From: the human T2T-CHM13v2.0 reference genome, Homo sapiens
Length of the DNA stretch: 64,000 nucleotides
Strand: one strand, 5' to 3'
Assembly: GCF_009914755.1 (NCBI RefSeq)
Contig: NC_060928.1
The stretch's first letter is position 1; each line of letters starts with the position of its first letter. The translations under genes were made by a program, and so were the position numbers. The notes under the pieces were generated by a model. That model was not told the origin of the DNA. It worked only from the letters and a program-made list of their open reading frames with translations, and ran no database searches. Positions 15,531-28,381 of the stretch are shown one piece after another.

Positions 15531-17134
15531 CTGTGGTTATTACCTACCCCACAGCTGGTGCTCAGCCACAAAGAGAGATGTGAATATTACATTTCTATCA
15601 CAATTGGCATATATGGATTTTTTTAAAGACATAAGAAGAGGAAAAATCTATTGCTTTGATTGAAAGATTGGATGTGTTTTTAGGAAAATTGAGTAGGGAG
15701 GTCCATTTCTTTCCTTTGAAAATTTATTTGCGGTCAATTTATTATGATACTTCAAACCATTTAGCCATAGCAAAGAGCAGGTGTGTAGAAACTCTACAAA
15801 ACCTCGACGAATCCTGTGGTCCCCTGAAAAAGGCCTGTGTCTTATCTGATGAACACTGCTCAGGCTCAAGTCTCTTGAGCGTCAAAACTGCTCAAGCAAG
15901 GGGGAAATCCAGATTTTATATCTCCTTCCACTTGAATTTCTGGATAAGAATGAGAGAAATCCGCAAAATCCAGTTACGTTAAATAGCTTTTACGAGTATC
16001 TTTTTGGAATGCTGTCAGTTGTAACTTCGTTTTGTCTGCCAGGTATAAGCATGGAAGATTCAAGCTGCTCCTGGCTGTAAGAAGTTAATGTGGAATTTTG
16101 CTGCTTGAAATTTAAATTGGGCTACAAAAATTAGCTCCCACTGGTGGAAACAACTTTCTTTTTAGTATGAGAAGTTGTTTGAAGCTTTTTTCTCCCCCAA
16201 AGTCTCATCGTGATCAGGCTTTAATATTGCTCTCAAACCAACCTTTAATTTAATAAGCAGAGTAATTTTGTTCAGGAAAATTTTCCATGACATTTGTTGA
16301 ATTAAATGTACATACTCAGTATTCCATCCCAGCAGCACCACCTATTGTTGTCTTGTAGCTTTTCTACTAAACTTCACAAGAATCTAATTCACTCATTTCT
16401 CTGAGTATCTCTGTGAGATATTCAACATACATTTTACAGGTTATAAGGGTTAAGCATTCCAGTTGTGTTGTGGTGATGTTTCTAAAGTCATAAATCTGTA
16501 AATAAAATGAATGCAGGATGGTAGACTTTTAATTGGTGAAAGGACACTGAATAGAGAGGCAAAATGCTTTAAAATATTTATGGATATTAAACAATGTTTG
16601 GAAAATAAGATTCAAGTTATACCTGTATGTTTTAAAAGTTCTACTCACTACACACTATGATTCTACAATTAACAGCAGAATTGTATTGGAATAAAATAAG
16701 AAAGACTAAATGATATTATTTTGTGCCAACTGTTATTGTAATTAGAATATTATGTATTGATTTATTAAATATAAGTGGCTTTTTTTCCAGCGAGGTTTTA
16801 AAATCCACTTATAATAAAAACATAGGATTTGCATTTACAGGTAGAAAATGAAAATCGGTAAGTGTCAAGATGGGGTCCACTATGTAATTTTTTCAGCATT
16901 ATTTCCAGAAGAGAGGTAGGATTGGGAATTTTAGTCTTTATTTGATATTTACATATACTTATATGAATGTAGTCATTGCCTGTGTTTTCTGTAAGCCATC
17001 TTTACTTCAACCATGTAAACCATACGAAGCATTTTAGGAAGAATGTAATAAGCACCATATGGAGATGGAGTATTTTCACACCTGTTATGTCATTTGATCT
17101 TCCCTGCAATTCTCTAAGGTAGGTAAGGTGGCTT

Positions 17135-17790
17135 TGGGTCCTTGGCCTCTTCTTTTCTCACTATGCACATTCTTGAAATTTCATCCACTTCTATAGATTC
17201 AATTACCATCTCTACACAGATCATTTCAAAATTTGTACCTATGTTCCTTACATCTCTCCCAACCTCTAGAAAAAAATGTATACATTTGGAACTTCCACAA
17301 GCATCTAAAACTCAGCACAAACTTGTTTCCTGCCAAAACGACGCATCTTCCTATACTCCTTATCTTAATGAATGCCCTACCGTCTGCCTAGTTGCCCAAG
17401 CCAGGGACCTAGAAGTTATCTTAGACTCTCGCCTTTTGCTTGTCCTCTTCACTCACTCAGTTAAGACTATTACATTTCCTCAGTATCTCTGAATTCCACC
17501 CTATTTTGTTCAGGCCCTATCATTTCTCACCTGGCTCATTATAATACCTCTTACAACTACTAATTTGGCATTCTCTGCTGCTAGAGAGACCTTTCTAAAA
17601 TTTAAGACTCTTAGTAAAATACTTCATGGGTGGTTTCTCATTACTTTTATGATGAAGTACAAATTTTTACACAAATAATATGATGCCATTTAAAATATAT
17701 GACCCATGACAAATTTCCCAGTTTCCTATCTTACCTCTCCCTGATCATACTCGTTGTTCTTACCAAATAGATGTTTCATTCTCCCAACGT
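17135..17790 (+). mobile_element. L2 ORF2/3' fragment
   Basis: TTCATCCACTTCTATAGATTCAATTACCATCTCTACACAGATCAT (degenerate RT YADD region) and GTTGCCCAAGCCAGGGACCTAGAAGTTATCTTAGACTC. Confidence 0.75.
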
Positions 17791-17814
17791 GGCAGTCCTA
17801 AGGGTGATTCCTTA

Positions 17815-19490
17815 TTTGAAAATCTATTAATAAAAGTCATCTTATGATTAGAAATCAGGAGCCAAATCCTATAATCATCTACATAGATGCTGAATGACAT
17901 TTAAAAAAAATTAATACCCATTTATGTTAAAAACAACAAATTAGGAATTGATAGAGAATTTAATATGATAGTACACATAACCATCAGACCAAAATGAACA
18001 TCTTAACTGATGAGGAACATAAAGTCAAGACCAAGAAAGGACAGTGGGTATCTCAATTGTTATTTAGCTTTGAATTGGAAGTATTAGCCAATGTCATTAG
18101 ATAAGAGAAATTGGAGGCATGAGCATTGGAAATGAAGAGATTAAACTACCTCTGTTGCAGATGTTATGATTATATATCTTGAAAACAAAAAAAAACTGTG
18201 AAAAACTACAAATAGGAGAATTTAATAAAATAGCAAGATATGTAACTAACATAAAATCAATAGTTTTTGTGGGAAATCAATAGTCTTACTATTTGTATAT
18301 AATGGAGAAGCAGACTCCATACATGATAACAAATAAAATAGAATAAAAGGAAAAAAGCAAAATAAAATTCCTAGGCATAAAACTAATACAAATGTTTAAA
18401 ACCTATATGAGGAAAACTATAGACATGCCTGAAAGACATAAATATGTCCTTAAATAGAAAGATATAAAATTAGTCACGGCAAGCTGACTCAGCCTCAGAA
18501 ACATGTTAATTCTTCCTAAATTAGTTATTCATTTAATTCAATTCCAATAAAAATAGCAGAAGTTTTTCCCCTCTGGAGCTACACAAATTGGTTATAAAGT
18601 TCATATGGAAGAATAAACACTCAATACCAATCAGGAAATTTTGTAAGAAGAGAAGCAATGTATTTCTTTTTCTAAAATATATTAAAAAGCCTCTATAATT
18701 AAAAGGTTGTGGTATGGGCACATGAGTAGACAGAAAGACCAATGGAACCACACAGAAAATCTGGTAAAGCAGCTAACATACAATATTGATAAAGATAACC
18801 TCTGATAATAGAGGGAAAGTATGTTCTTAATCAGTAAATGGCTTTGGAACACCTGGATAACCATATGAAAAAAAGATAAAATTACATCCATTTATCACAC
18901 CATATGGTAGATATCCAAATGGATCAGAGATCTAAATGCACGAAATATTTCAGGAGCAATAAGGAAAAAAGTGATAAATTTGACACAGAGTAATATTCTG
19001 AACACATAAAATGCTTCAAAGAATTGAGAAAAAAGGCAAAACCTTAGAGAAAATGGGGAAAAAATACAGATAGTTCTCAGAAAAAGAAATAAAAATGACC
19101 CTCACACATAGAAAAATATACTGAATATATGAGAAATGCAAATTAAAACTACACTGAGATAACACTTCTCACCCACCTGACTGGCAGAGATCCCAAAATT
19201 TGTAAACTATACTCTGTTGTAGAGGTTTTGATGAAATAAGTATGCAAAGTGGTATCAGCTTCAATGGGTTTGGGGGTGGGAGGATTTAGCATTATTGAGC
19301 AAAACTGCATATACATTTACCCTTCAATCCTGCAACATGAATTCTAGGAATCTGTTCCAAAAATGCAAAGTGACATATGGTCAAGACTGTTCCTCATAGA
19401 ATTACTTATAATACTAAAAGATGAAATAGCTTAAATATCGATAAGAGACTGGTTCAATAAACTAGAGAACATTGACACATGGAACACAGG
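17815..19490 (+). mobile_element. Ancient L1M (L1ME-type) ORF2 relic
   Basis: A-rich; ATCATCTACATAGATGCTGAA, TGTTGCAGATGTTATGATTATATATCTTGAAAAC (FADD region) and GAGAAATGCAAATTAAAACTACACTGAGATA. Confidence 0.85.
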
Positions 19491-19700
19491 CCCTTTTTTG
19501 CTTAACAAAGGTGTCTGAAATGCTTGTTATTTTCATTATATTAAAAGGAGTCATTAGAATGGTTATCTATCAACCTAAAGCCTCAACCAATTTCCTAAAA
19601 CACAGTGAATAACATATATGTAATAAATGATCATGTAAAGATGTAAAATGCCTAAAAAATCCACTTCTTAATAACCAATTACTGTGGTTGTTAACAGTCA

Positions 19701-19730
19701 CCTTATATGGCGACTTCCGGGGAAAGTGCC
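19701..19730 (-). promoter_or_regulatory. CArG + ETS composite (serum response element-like)
   Basis: Reverse strand reads CCGGAAGT-CG-CCATATAAGG: a perfect ETS core 2 bp from a perfect CC(A/T)6GG. Confidence 0.55.
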
Positions 19731-20339
19731 TTTTCTTACCTTCAGCAGCAGCCTTCCTGAAGCATATGCCCTTTTGAAAGTCCATGTAGGCTTTGCCATT
19801 TTGACAACTGTGTATGGAGACTCAAGACTTTATCTGACATCATTTTGTTTAAAAAGTTGTATTGAGGTTTGAGGACACGAATATGTATTCTACCTGTATT
19901 AACTGGCCAAAAAATAAAGTTGTATTGGAGAGGTGTCTGTGGGTTTGAATGCTAAAACTTACAGTTTGGGATACTAAAAATCGAAAGGTAGAAAATATTA
20001 ATGGGGGATGTTCTGCAGGGCATATGGTATGATTCATCATAGAATAGAATCAGAGAGATTTCTGCATGCTCCTTTTGAATGACATTCAGAATTCATCTTT
20101 AATGGAAAAAAGTAAGGTACAGAACAGAGTGTAGAAGCGTGTAGAGTGAGCTACTTTTTGTGTAACAGAGGGTCAAGGAGTGATAAAAGTGTATAGCATT
20201 TTCTTACGTTTTCAAAAGAATTAGCATGAGGTTACCTATAAGGCAGGGATGACTTTGGAGCTATGTAATGTTTTACATAACTGTTTTACATAACTGACAA
20301 TCAAAATGAAAATCAAATTAAATCAAAAGACAAAAGAAT

Positions 20340-20695
20340 CTAAAGTCATACAGAAGGGGTGCCGTAAGGTTGGAGACTCTTCTGAGGAGCGGGCACTGCC
20401 TGGCAGGGACTGCACCTCTGAAGGTACAACGAAGCTGGTTTTGGGGCTCTTGCAAAATGGGCTGGAGACTGGAATCACGTTCCAGGGTGAAGGGTGGTTA
20501 CTGAGGCAAGAAAGGGGAGACCGCCTGCAAATGAGAACAAGTCCTTTCTCCCTCCTTCTGCCGTTCAGTCTCTCTAGCGCCCCCTCTTGGCAGATCCTAA
20601 AGAAAGCTGATTGCAATGCGGAAACTGGAGCTGCAAGGCCCCAAAAGCAGGAAGAAAGGGTTTGGGGCTGGGGGGCAATAGCTTAGTAACTAACA
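20340..20695. mobile_element. Old ERVL-class LTR fragment (LTR41-like) carrying a CTCF motif
   Basis: GC-richer block with TCTCTAGCGCCCCCTCTTGGCAGA; family name from memory of consensus, unverified. Confidence 0.45.
20574..20593 (-). promoter_or_regulatory. CTCF core motif
   Basis: Reverse strand CTGCCAAGAGGGGGCGCTAG versus consensus CCASYAGRKGGCRS. Confidence 0.6.
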
Positions 20696-22101
20696 TGATT
20701 GGTAAAATTGAAGGCCAAGAGTTTACTTGTGACAGGGAGAATTTACAAGGAGGCTCTAGGAACCAAATGACACTGTAACACAAGGTTTTTCAGTACCATT
20801 GAAGGCTGACACAGGCAAAATGACTTTCAAATGAGATAATGCAAGTGAAATGGCCTCAGATTTATAAAGTACCATGCAAGTAGGAAAATAATAGTTTTAA
20901 TGTTGATGCTTTAACTTCACTTTTAACTATGATGGGGATATTTGATAAAAGAAAATTTGTGAAGCCAAAGATAATCATGAGATAAATTATGAAAAGATGT
21001 TTATTAGTTTTAGAAACAGAAATAATAGTTTGCCTTACTTTCTCTAATTGAGGCAATTTTATTTTAATTTGGAGGTTTTCAAAAGGACACACACTTTTAT
21101 TAGTTTTTCTGTCATAACTTGCAGAGTTTTGTGGATCTTTGCAAAAACTTGAGTTAAATTTTCTTTAATGATGTGTCTATATATTATACATTGGCTACAT
21201 AAAAGCACTGAATTACTGTGCTATATCATTACATTACTGATTATATTAATGTGTGTCTCTGTAGTGTAATAATTTTTGCATTTATTCATTCATTAAAGAT
21301 AATCATAACTAATACAATTACAATTTCATTTTAAAGTCATTATTCATAGTCATCAATTTAGAGATAAGAATGAAATTATGTTGATAAGTTCATAAACTGA
21401 TGGCTGGAGGCCAATCAGATTGCTTCGTGTTCCCAAATTATTTTATAATTATGTTACTTATGGTTAACATGTGGATGTGAAACAAAGATTCTGGAATTCA
21501 AGTCATGCTAAAAGAGCTGTGAGTCACTGTTCATTTTTAAATCTCTCACATAGTTAAAGAAAAGGTGTGTAGAAACTATTTCATAAGTTTAATTAACATG
21601 ATTATAGATATTGCATACACTTGTAAATAGAGAAAAGCAATCTGCAAAAAGAACAAAATAATTCTGATACTTTATAAAAATAGCATAACTAAATTTAGCA
21701 AAAAGTAAGGGATCATTGATAAGCTAGAATATTAGAATAGGATTTTCAGAAACGGTCATTTGTTTGGGGAACGAAAATAATTGTAACCAGGCCAGATGAC
21801 ATATTTATAGGTTTCCAGGGGAAACAGAAACTTACCTCAAATAAAAAGTTGCAAGTGGTCAATGTAATTAAAAAAGAAAAGTAGTGAAATTATCCAAGAA
21901 CAAGGTGGGGCTTGGTGTAGGAAAATAGCCTTTAATTCACACATAAGAGTAACATACAAAGGGAATACACCATTTTTAATTGAAAACTGAAATCAACTGA
22001 AAGCATTTTAGTTGAAAACACATCAAGTATCTGTATCATTATTATTCCATCTGCAGAATGTAGTTGTAACTCACAATGTTTTCAACTATTTTTTTCAGTA
22101 A

Positions 22102-22290
<189 letters not shown>

Positions 22291-22589
22291 TGAGTATGTA
22301 TTTAATGTGTAAGACTCTGTGGTAGGCACCAACAGCAGAGGCAAAGGTTAGCAAGGAATTGTCAAGGAGTTTATAATCTGACAATGTGGATAAAAGAAAT
22401 ATACACACATTTTGAAAGTAAAATATAAAGTGTCAAGTGCTATAAAAACAATACAAACACAACATTTTGGAAGATCGTTGGAAAAAAAGAGCATATTCAA
22501 TCGGAAAGATCAGGAAAAGCTTCATGAAGGAGAGAACATGGGAGAATAAGCATTTTCACAGGATGGGTAATAGAGATAAATAAAAATAG

Positions 22590-22810
22590 TACAAGTGACA
22601 TTTGTTTTGTGCTAGGCACCGTCTTAAGAATTTATGCATATGATGTCATTTAATCCTCAAAACAACCACAGAACATAGTACTCATATTATCACTATTCCA
22701 CAAATGAGGCTTAGAGAGGTTAATTTTCCCCAGTTCTCACAGTTAGTGGCAAATCCATAATTTAGAACCATATCTGCCTAACTCCAGAGCCTAAACCTTG
22801 CTTACTGTAT
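22590..22810 (-). mobile_element. MIR
   Basis: TGTGCTAGGCACCGTC...TCATTTAATCCTCAAAACAACC...GAGGCTTAGAGAGGTTAA...ACTCCAGAGCC. Confidence 0.85.
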
Positions 22811-22879
22811 TATACTCCTTTGTAAAGAAGAATCGTTTACGAAAGCGAAAACTGAAAATCCTACATCTATAGTTTATTT

Positions 22880-23030
22880 ATTTGCTTATTCATTATTATT
22901 TTTATTATTTTTAACTCTTTTAGAGATAGAGTCTCACTATGTTGCCCACGCTCACTTCAAATTTCTGAGCTCAAGCAGTCCTGCTGCCTCAGTCTCCTGA
23001 GTAGCTGGGACTACATGGGTGCACCAACAT
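22880..23030 (-). mobile_element. FLAM_A-like Alu monomer
   Basis: AGAGATAGAGTCTCACTATGTTGCCCA...CTCAAGCAGTCCTGCTGCCTCAGTCTCCTGAGTAGCTGGGACTACA. Confidence 0.85.
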
Positions 23031-24004
23031 ACATCTATATATTATAACAGTTATATTTAACGTGACACTTATATTTTGGTAAAATGGTGATTTAAAAGTT
23101 AATATTGGTAGGAATATGATAAAAATGTATATTCTCTCATTCAGTTGTAAAGCAAATACAAAATTGCACATGCGTTTGTTATAGCAGAATCAGCATATAG
23201 TAGATTCTCAGTAAATGTTGAATAAATGAATAAATAAGGTAGAAAATCTGTATGCATATGGACAGAGATTGGGAGACTGATATGTGAAAATGATTAGTTG
23301 CAATAGGATTGTGGGACTTTGAGGCCTAGCTAGTCCTCTTTCAGTTATCTTTAATTTTGTATATGGTCGGATCATCCGGCTTTGAGTAGAAACCAGTTGT
23401 TTATTTCCTTTTCATTAACAAAGGACTAATGAGTTCAACCTAAAAGGACAGATGAATCAGCCTGTGATATCAATAATCAATAGAGAATTCTTCTGCAGAA
23501 TATTCACTAACATGCACAGTTTTTGAATAGTTAAAAAAATTTTATTTTTTCAGTAATGAAGAATATGAATCAGAGAAAATGATGCATATATATCATAACT
23601 TCGGCATGCACGAATGAGACCAGATGAGGCAACAATAGTTTACATTTTGACTTATTTCTTTAAATTCAAAAAATTGAAGTCTTATTAATCATTTGCTAGT
23701 TCTATGCAATGGTACATTCTTCAAATCATACCTAATGATAATAACAGGAGAAATGATAAATGAAAATGGTCAAAGCATTCAATAACATGTTGCTGTTATA
23801 GTAAGATTTTGAAATAGAATGTAGCATGTTATGGGATTTTGCCTTTAACTAGACTAAAATATACTTTATTGATTCAGGTAGAAGGAACTATTAAATATTA
23901 TATACAAATTACTTTATACTTATTTCATTAGGAAACAACATTAATATACATATATGTGCACATACACATATGTTTACCAGTGAAGTTGATTAACTTTTAG
24001 TTCT

Positions 24005-25860
24005 GGAGCACCGTTTTTCTTTTCACTAAAAAAGTGGTTTCTGGTGGCAACATTAACCACATTTGTATGTGTTGGGTCGACCTGTTTATTGATTCACCAA
24101 GAAGCTGTCAAGATTTTTTTTTTAAGCAGCATCTCGCTCTGTTCCCCAGGCTGGAGTGCAGTGGCTCCAATCATGACTTATTGCAGCCTCAACCTCTCAG
24201 GCTCAAGTGATCCTCTCACTTCAGCCTCCAGAATAGCTGAGACTATAGGCACGCACCTCAAGGCACGCACCTCCATGCCTGGCTAATTTTTTAAGAAAAA
24301 TTTTGCAGAGATGGGGTCTCACTATGTTGCCTAGGCTGAACTCGAACTTCAGGGCTCAAGCAGTCCTCTCACCTCAGCCTCCCAAAGTGCTGAGATTAGA
24401 GGAGTAAGCCACCGTGCCCTGAAGCTGTCAGTTTTAAATGGGACCTAGAGCAAGAGAAGGCTCTGCAGCAGGTCTAGGCTGAAGCACAAGGTACTGTGCT
24501 ACTTGGGCTTTATGATTAGGCAGATCCAATGGCACCCAAAATGTCTCTGGCAAATAGAATGTTGTATGCAGCCCCTGACAAACTCTAACAGAAGACCACT
24601 AGCATTTTGGAAACAAATCAATTTTCTCTTTGAGAAACAGCTCCTGTCCCTGACTTGCTGCTAGTCCTTGTTGACATTGAATACCTGGCTAAGATGCTGC
24701 AAGTGAACATTTGACCTGAACTGTCCATCTGATCCAAAATATCATAGGGTTGGGTTTGTTCAGAAGCACCCCATTATCAAGTGGTGGTGGTATACAAGAT
24801 ATAGGGCTCAAGAAGTTACTGAAGGCACAATAGGTTGTCTGAGCAGGTGGCTCTAATTATCTTGGTGTCTACTTCTGCTGCTCTAATCTCATACCCCCTA
24901 CCCATACCTGGTCTCATGGGAAGTTTTCTTTCATTGGTTGACTAAGAATACAGAAATTCAAGTGAAGTTTGTAGGTGGTTTTGTACAGCATGTTGGCACT
25001 AGCTAGAGGTGGACTGAGGAAACATTACAGTGCCTCTCAGAGGTGGCCCAGAAGGACACTGAGAAATAGGAAAAACCCTCCCAGTAGGAAAAGTAGCAAG
25101 CAGTGCATTTGAGTATTTACTTTGCTTGGAAGGAGAGAGGGCCAGAGGTAAGGATCTACAGGAATTAATAAATAGCACCTTACAGGTTGGCTGGGTGTTC
25201 AGGATAAATGCTGGAAGATTGATGGGATGTAGATCTGGGAAAAGATTTATGAATTGGCTTCTAGAATAGTGGCGTATGTGAAGATACTCTCTTATGGAAG
25301 ATAATTTAAATAACTTGGTGGACAGGATGATCCAATGAGCCTTTTTCCCAACAACTCTAGAGCGGACTCTTGGGCTCATGAAAAAAACAGTAGCAATAGA
25401 AGTCCCATGATTTCAATACCATGGGCTTCCCCTCACCAAGTGTGATCTGATTTCTGCCAATCTGAGGTCTTCAATCTGGTTATCCTGTTGAAGCCATCCT
25501 AAAATAGATACAGCTATTGATGGAATTCTAGAAAGGCAATGAGGCCTACACTAAGCCCTCAGTGTGGCCCCATTCCCCAGGGGGACAGATAGCTACCCAT
25601 GGGAAGTTGGACTGTGGACTCCTTCCATCCTGAAAAGCGTGGTGATTTATTATCACTAGAATAGAGTCTTCCTCTGTATGTGGGTTTGCCTTTCTTGCTC
25701 ATATTTCTTTTGTAAGCATTACCATCTTTAGACTTTCTATCTCAATCACCATCATGTGTCCCGTACAACATTCTTTATGATTAAGGAACTCATTTTATGA
25801 CAAATGGTATGTAGTAATGTGCTTAGGTCTGTACTACTCACTGATATTCCCCTGCACTCT
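24005..25860 (+). mobile_element. ERV-L internal pol relic (RT connection/RNase H to integrase), interrupted by AluJ
   Basis: Decayed translation FKWDLEQEKALQQV (ERV-L FEWGPEQEKALQQV), FEKQLL, then integrase-like W.VD..GLLPS, GFAFLA and .GTHF; many stops and frameshifts. Confidence 0.8.
24113..24420 (-). mobile_element. AluJ
   Basis: AluJ-type GGCTCAAGTGATCCTC; TSD GAAGCTGTCA at 24101-24110 and 24421-24430; internal tandem duplication of AGGCACGCACCTC. Confidence 0.93.
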
Positions 25861-27069
25861 CTCACCCTTGACCTATTGAATGCCCCCTAAAATAAGCAAA
25901 GTGGGGATTTCCAGGGACTGTTACATTATTAGACTTGCAGACTTGTTATCCAAAGGAGTAATAGTATAGGTATAAACTCGTTAATTTGACCTTTATTATT
26001 TAGTGGTATGACTGGTTAGTAAGTTTTTATTTCCATTTCCATTTGCATTATTATTTTTGTCTTATAGTTATGCTCTTAAAATGAGACATAAAAATCCAAT
26101 ATTAACTGAATCAGCATTTACTATTAAAGATTGTTTTAATATGGTGTTCAACATGAGAATGTTTTATAAACTAGCATCAAGTGGCTTTCACTGACATTTA
26201 TGAATGAGCTTAGTACTTTAATCAAATAAGGATATTAAGAGCTGGACTTGAATCCCATTTAGATTCTAATTTTGTTTTGTATAATTTTTCAGGCCAAATA
26301 ACTTCATGTATTTTTAAGGATTCTAAATCAACACCAGATATTAAAGTCGGAAACTATTTCAAATGCCTTGTCAAAAGTCTTTAAGATTATTTAGGGAAGT
26401 ATTTAGTGATGTAATTTTAGGACTTTGGTAAATATTGTATTGCTTTGATTATATTTTAAAAAGGCTGTTACTGTCAAAACATAAGTAGCTAAAAATTTAA
26501 GCTAAAAAATACTTTGAGTAGGAGAGAGAACATACATTATAATAACTGGAAATTGTTTTTATGAGCTATCTTCTGTAAAAAAACATTGGAGGAAAATGTC
26601 AACAAGATAAAGACATACTACTAATATAAACAGTTAAATGTTCTGATCTAAATATGGCACACTCAAGATGAAATTAGGCCAAAAATTAAACACAATATAC
26701 CAAGCAGCCTAAAAATTGTGTAACCTAGAGGTTAACATAAGCTATTCTGAAATGAACATATGAAGTTTACAGAATGTATAAAGCTGAAGGTGAGTTTTAC
26801 AGGCATTTGAAAAATTTACTTTGCTTCTCTCAAAGGAAAAAAAAAACGTAGTTCAGTATAATCTTTTCCATAATAGGAAATAAAGACTTAAGGGCAAAAG
26901 TGTAGTGGTTCTGATGCAGAAAACTTACAACTGCTGTCTTTTCATCATCTATGCTAACAACATATAGCCCAGCAAAATGCAGCCTGAGCTTTGTCATTGA
27001 CCAAATCAGGACAATGTTTCTTACATGAAAAGTGTTGCAATGAATGCAAAATAATCTCAGGCATTCTCA

Positions 27070-27220
27070 GAACTGGGAGACAGGAGAATTTAATTCAAGT
27101 CCTAGTTCTGCCTTTGAGTAAGCAGTTCACCTTCCTGAGCCTTAGTTTCCATGTATGTGAAATGGGCATGACAACTTGTACTCTCTGACACTCTGAGTTA
27201 CTGTGAGAGTCAAATGAAAA
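27070..27220 (+). mobile_element. MIR
   Basis: TTCAAGTCCTAGTTCTGCC...CCTTCCTGAGCCTTAGTTTCCATGTATGTGAAATGGG. Confidence 0.75.
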
Positions 27221-27654
27221 CCCAGGCCCACATTTGTGAAATGAATATATGTATGAAGATATATAAAGACATATTGTAAGTTCTAAAGCTGTAAATGAAA
27301 ATAAATTATTAATTCTTTTATCCCAAGTTTACAGTCTGATGGAGGAAAAAAGTTGTTTTAATTTCAAGAAGTATGGCTAGTTAAAATATTTTGCTATGTT
27401 TGGTTGCAGGTGGTTTTATATATAAATGAATGCAACAGCAGTTGCATTTAATATATAAAAGAATGCAACAGCAGTGTGTTAGTCTGGCTGTCACCTACCA
27501 GATGTCATTGGATGAGCCTATCACACTTTCTTTTTCCTTCATCCTGCAACCAGGATGGTATTCATAGAGCTTGGGGTGGTGGCCATTACCAATGATGTGT
27601 TAATGATCAACTCTCACCAACCACTTTTGTCATCCTGGTATGTACTGCCTCTGG

Positions 27655-27980
27655 GTCAGCCGTGGGAGTAACAAACTCAAAAGCTATAGGAGTGAAGACC
27701 CCAAGGTACCTGAGAAGTAAACATGGTGAATTTTGTGGCAGACTGGAGACACGTGAAGAGAAAGCCCTTCATCTTCAACCAGTTGTCAGAAGGAAATGCA
27801 AGTGTGCGTTTCCAACATCGAACATCACAAGATATTGGAAACCTGGATTTTAATAGGAAATCTCTTGAATTTGAAATGTTGGCAACACATTCCAAAGTTT
27901 TATTTTAAAAATCCTATACAGGTCAAACAAAACATGACTGTGCGGTTAATTTGACCTGCTAGCCCTCTTTGTCCACTCTG
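27655..27980 (+). mobile_element. hAT-Charlie non-autonomous element (MER103C-like)
   Basis: GGAAATCTCTTGAATTTGAAATGTTGGCAAC...GGTCAAACAAAACATGACTGTG; family from memory of consensus. Confidence 0.55.
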
Positions 27981-28103
27981 CTTGATGTATAGCTGATATA
28001 CATTTAAATTGTAGTGTAGTCCTCTACATGAAGGGCTACAAAAAGAAGCAAATGGTTCTACAGGGGAGGTGGGGACCCAGAGACAAAATTTCCCAATTGG
28101 TAA

Positions 28104-28381
28104 TTTTTTTTTTTTTTTTTTTTTTTTGAGACAGAGTCTTGTTCTGTCACCCAGGCTGGAGTGCAGTGGCGCAATCTCGGCTCACTGCAAGCTCCGCTTC
28201 CTGGGTTCACACCATTCTCCTGCCTCAGCCTCCTGAGTAGCTGGGATTACAGGCACCCGCCACCACACCCGGCTAATTTTTTTGTATTTTTTAGTAGAGA
28301 TGGGGTTTCACCGTGTTAGCCAGGATGGTCTCGATCTCCTGACCTGGTGATCCTCCCACCTCGGCCTCCCAAAGTGCTGGG
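28104..28381 (-). mobile_element. AluY, slightly 5'-truncated
   Basis: AluY diagnostics GCAAGCTCCG, GGGTTCACACCATTC and CCGTGTTAGCCAGGATGG; perfect TSD CCCAATTGGTAATTTT at 28092-28107 and 28382-28397. Confidence 0.96.
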
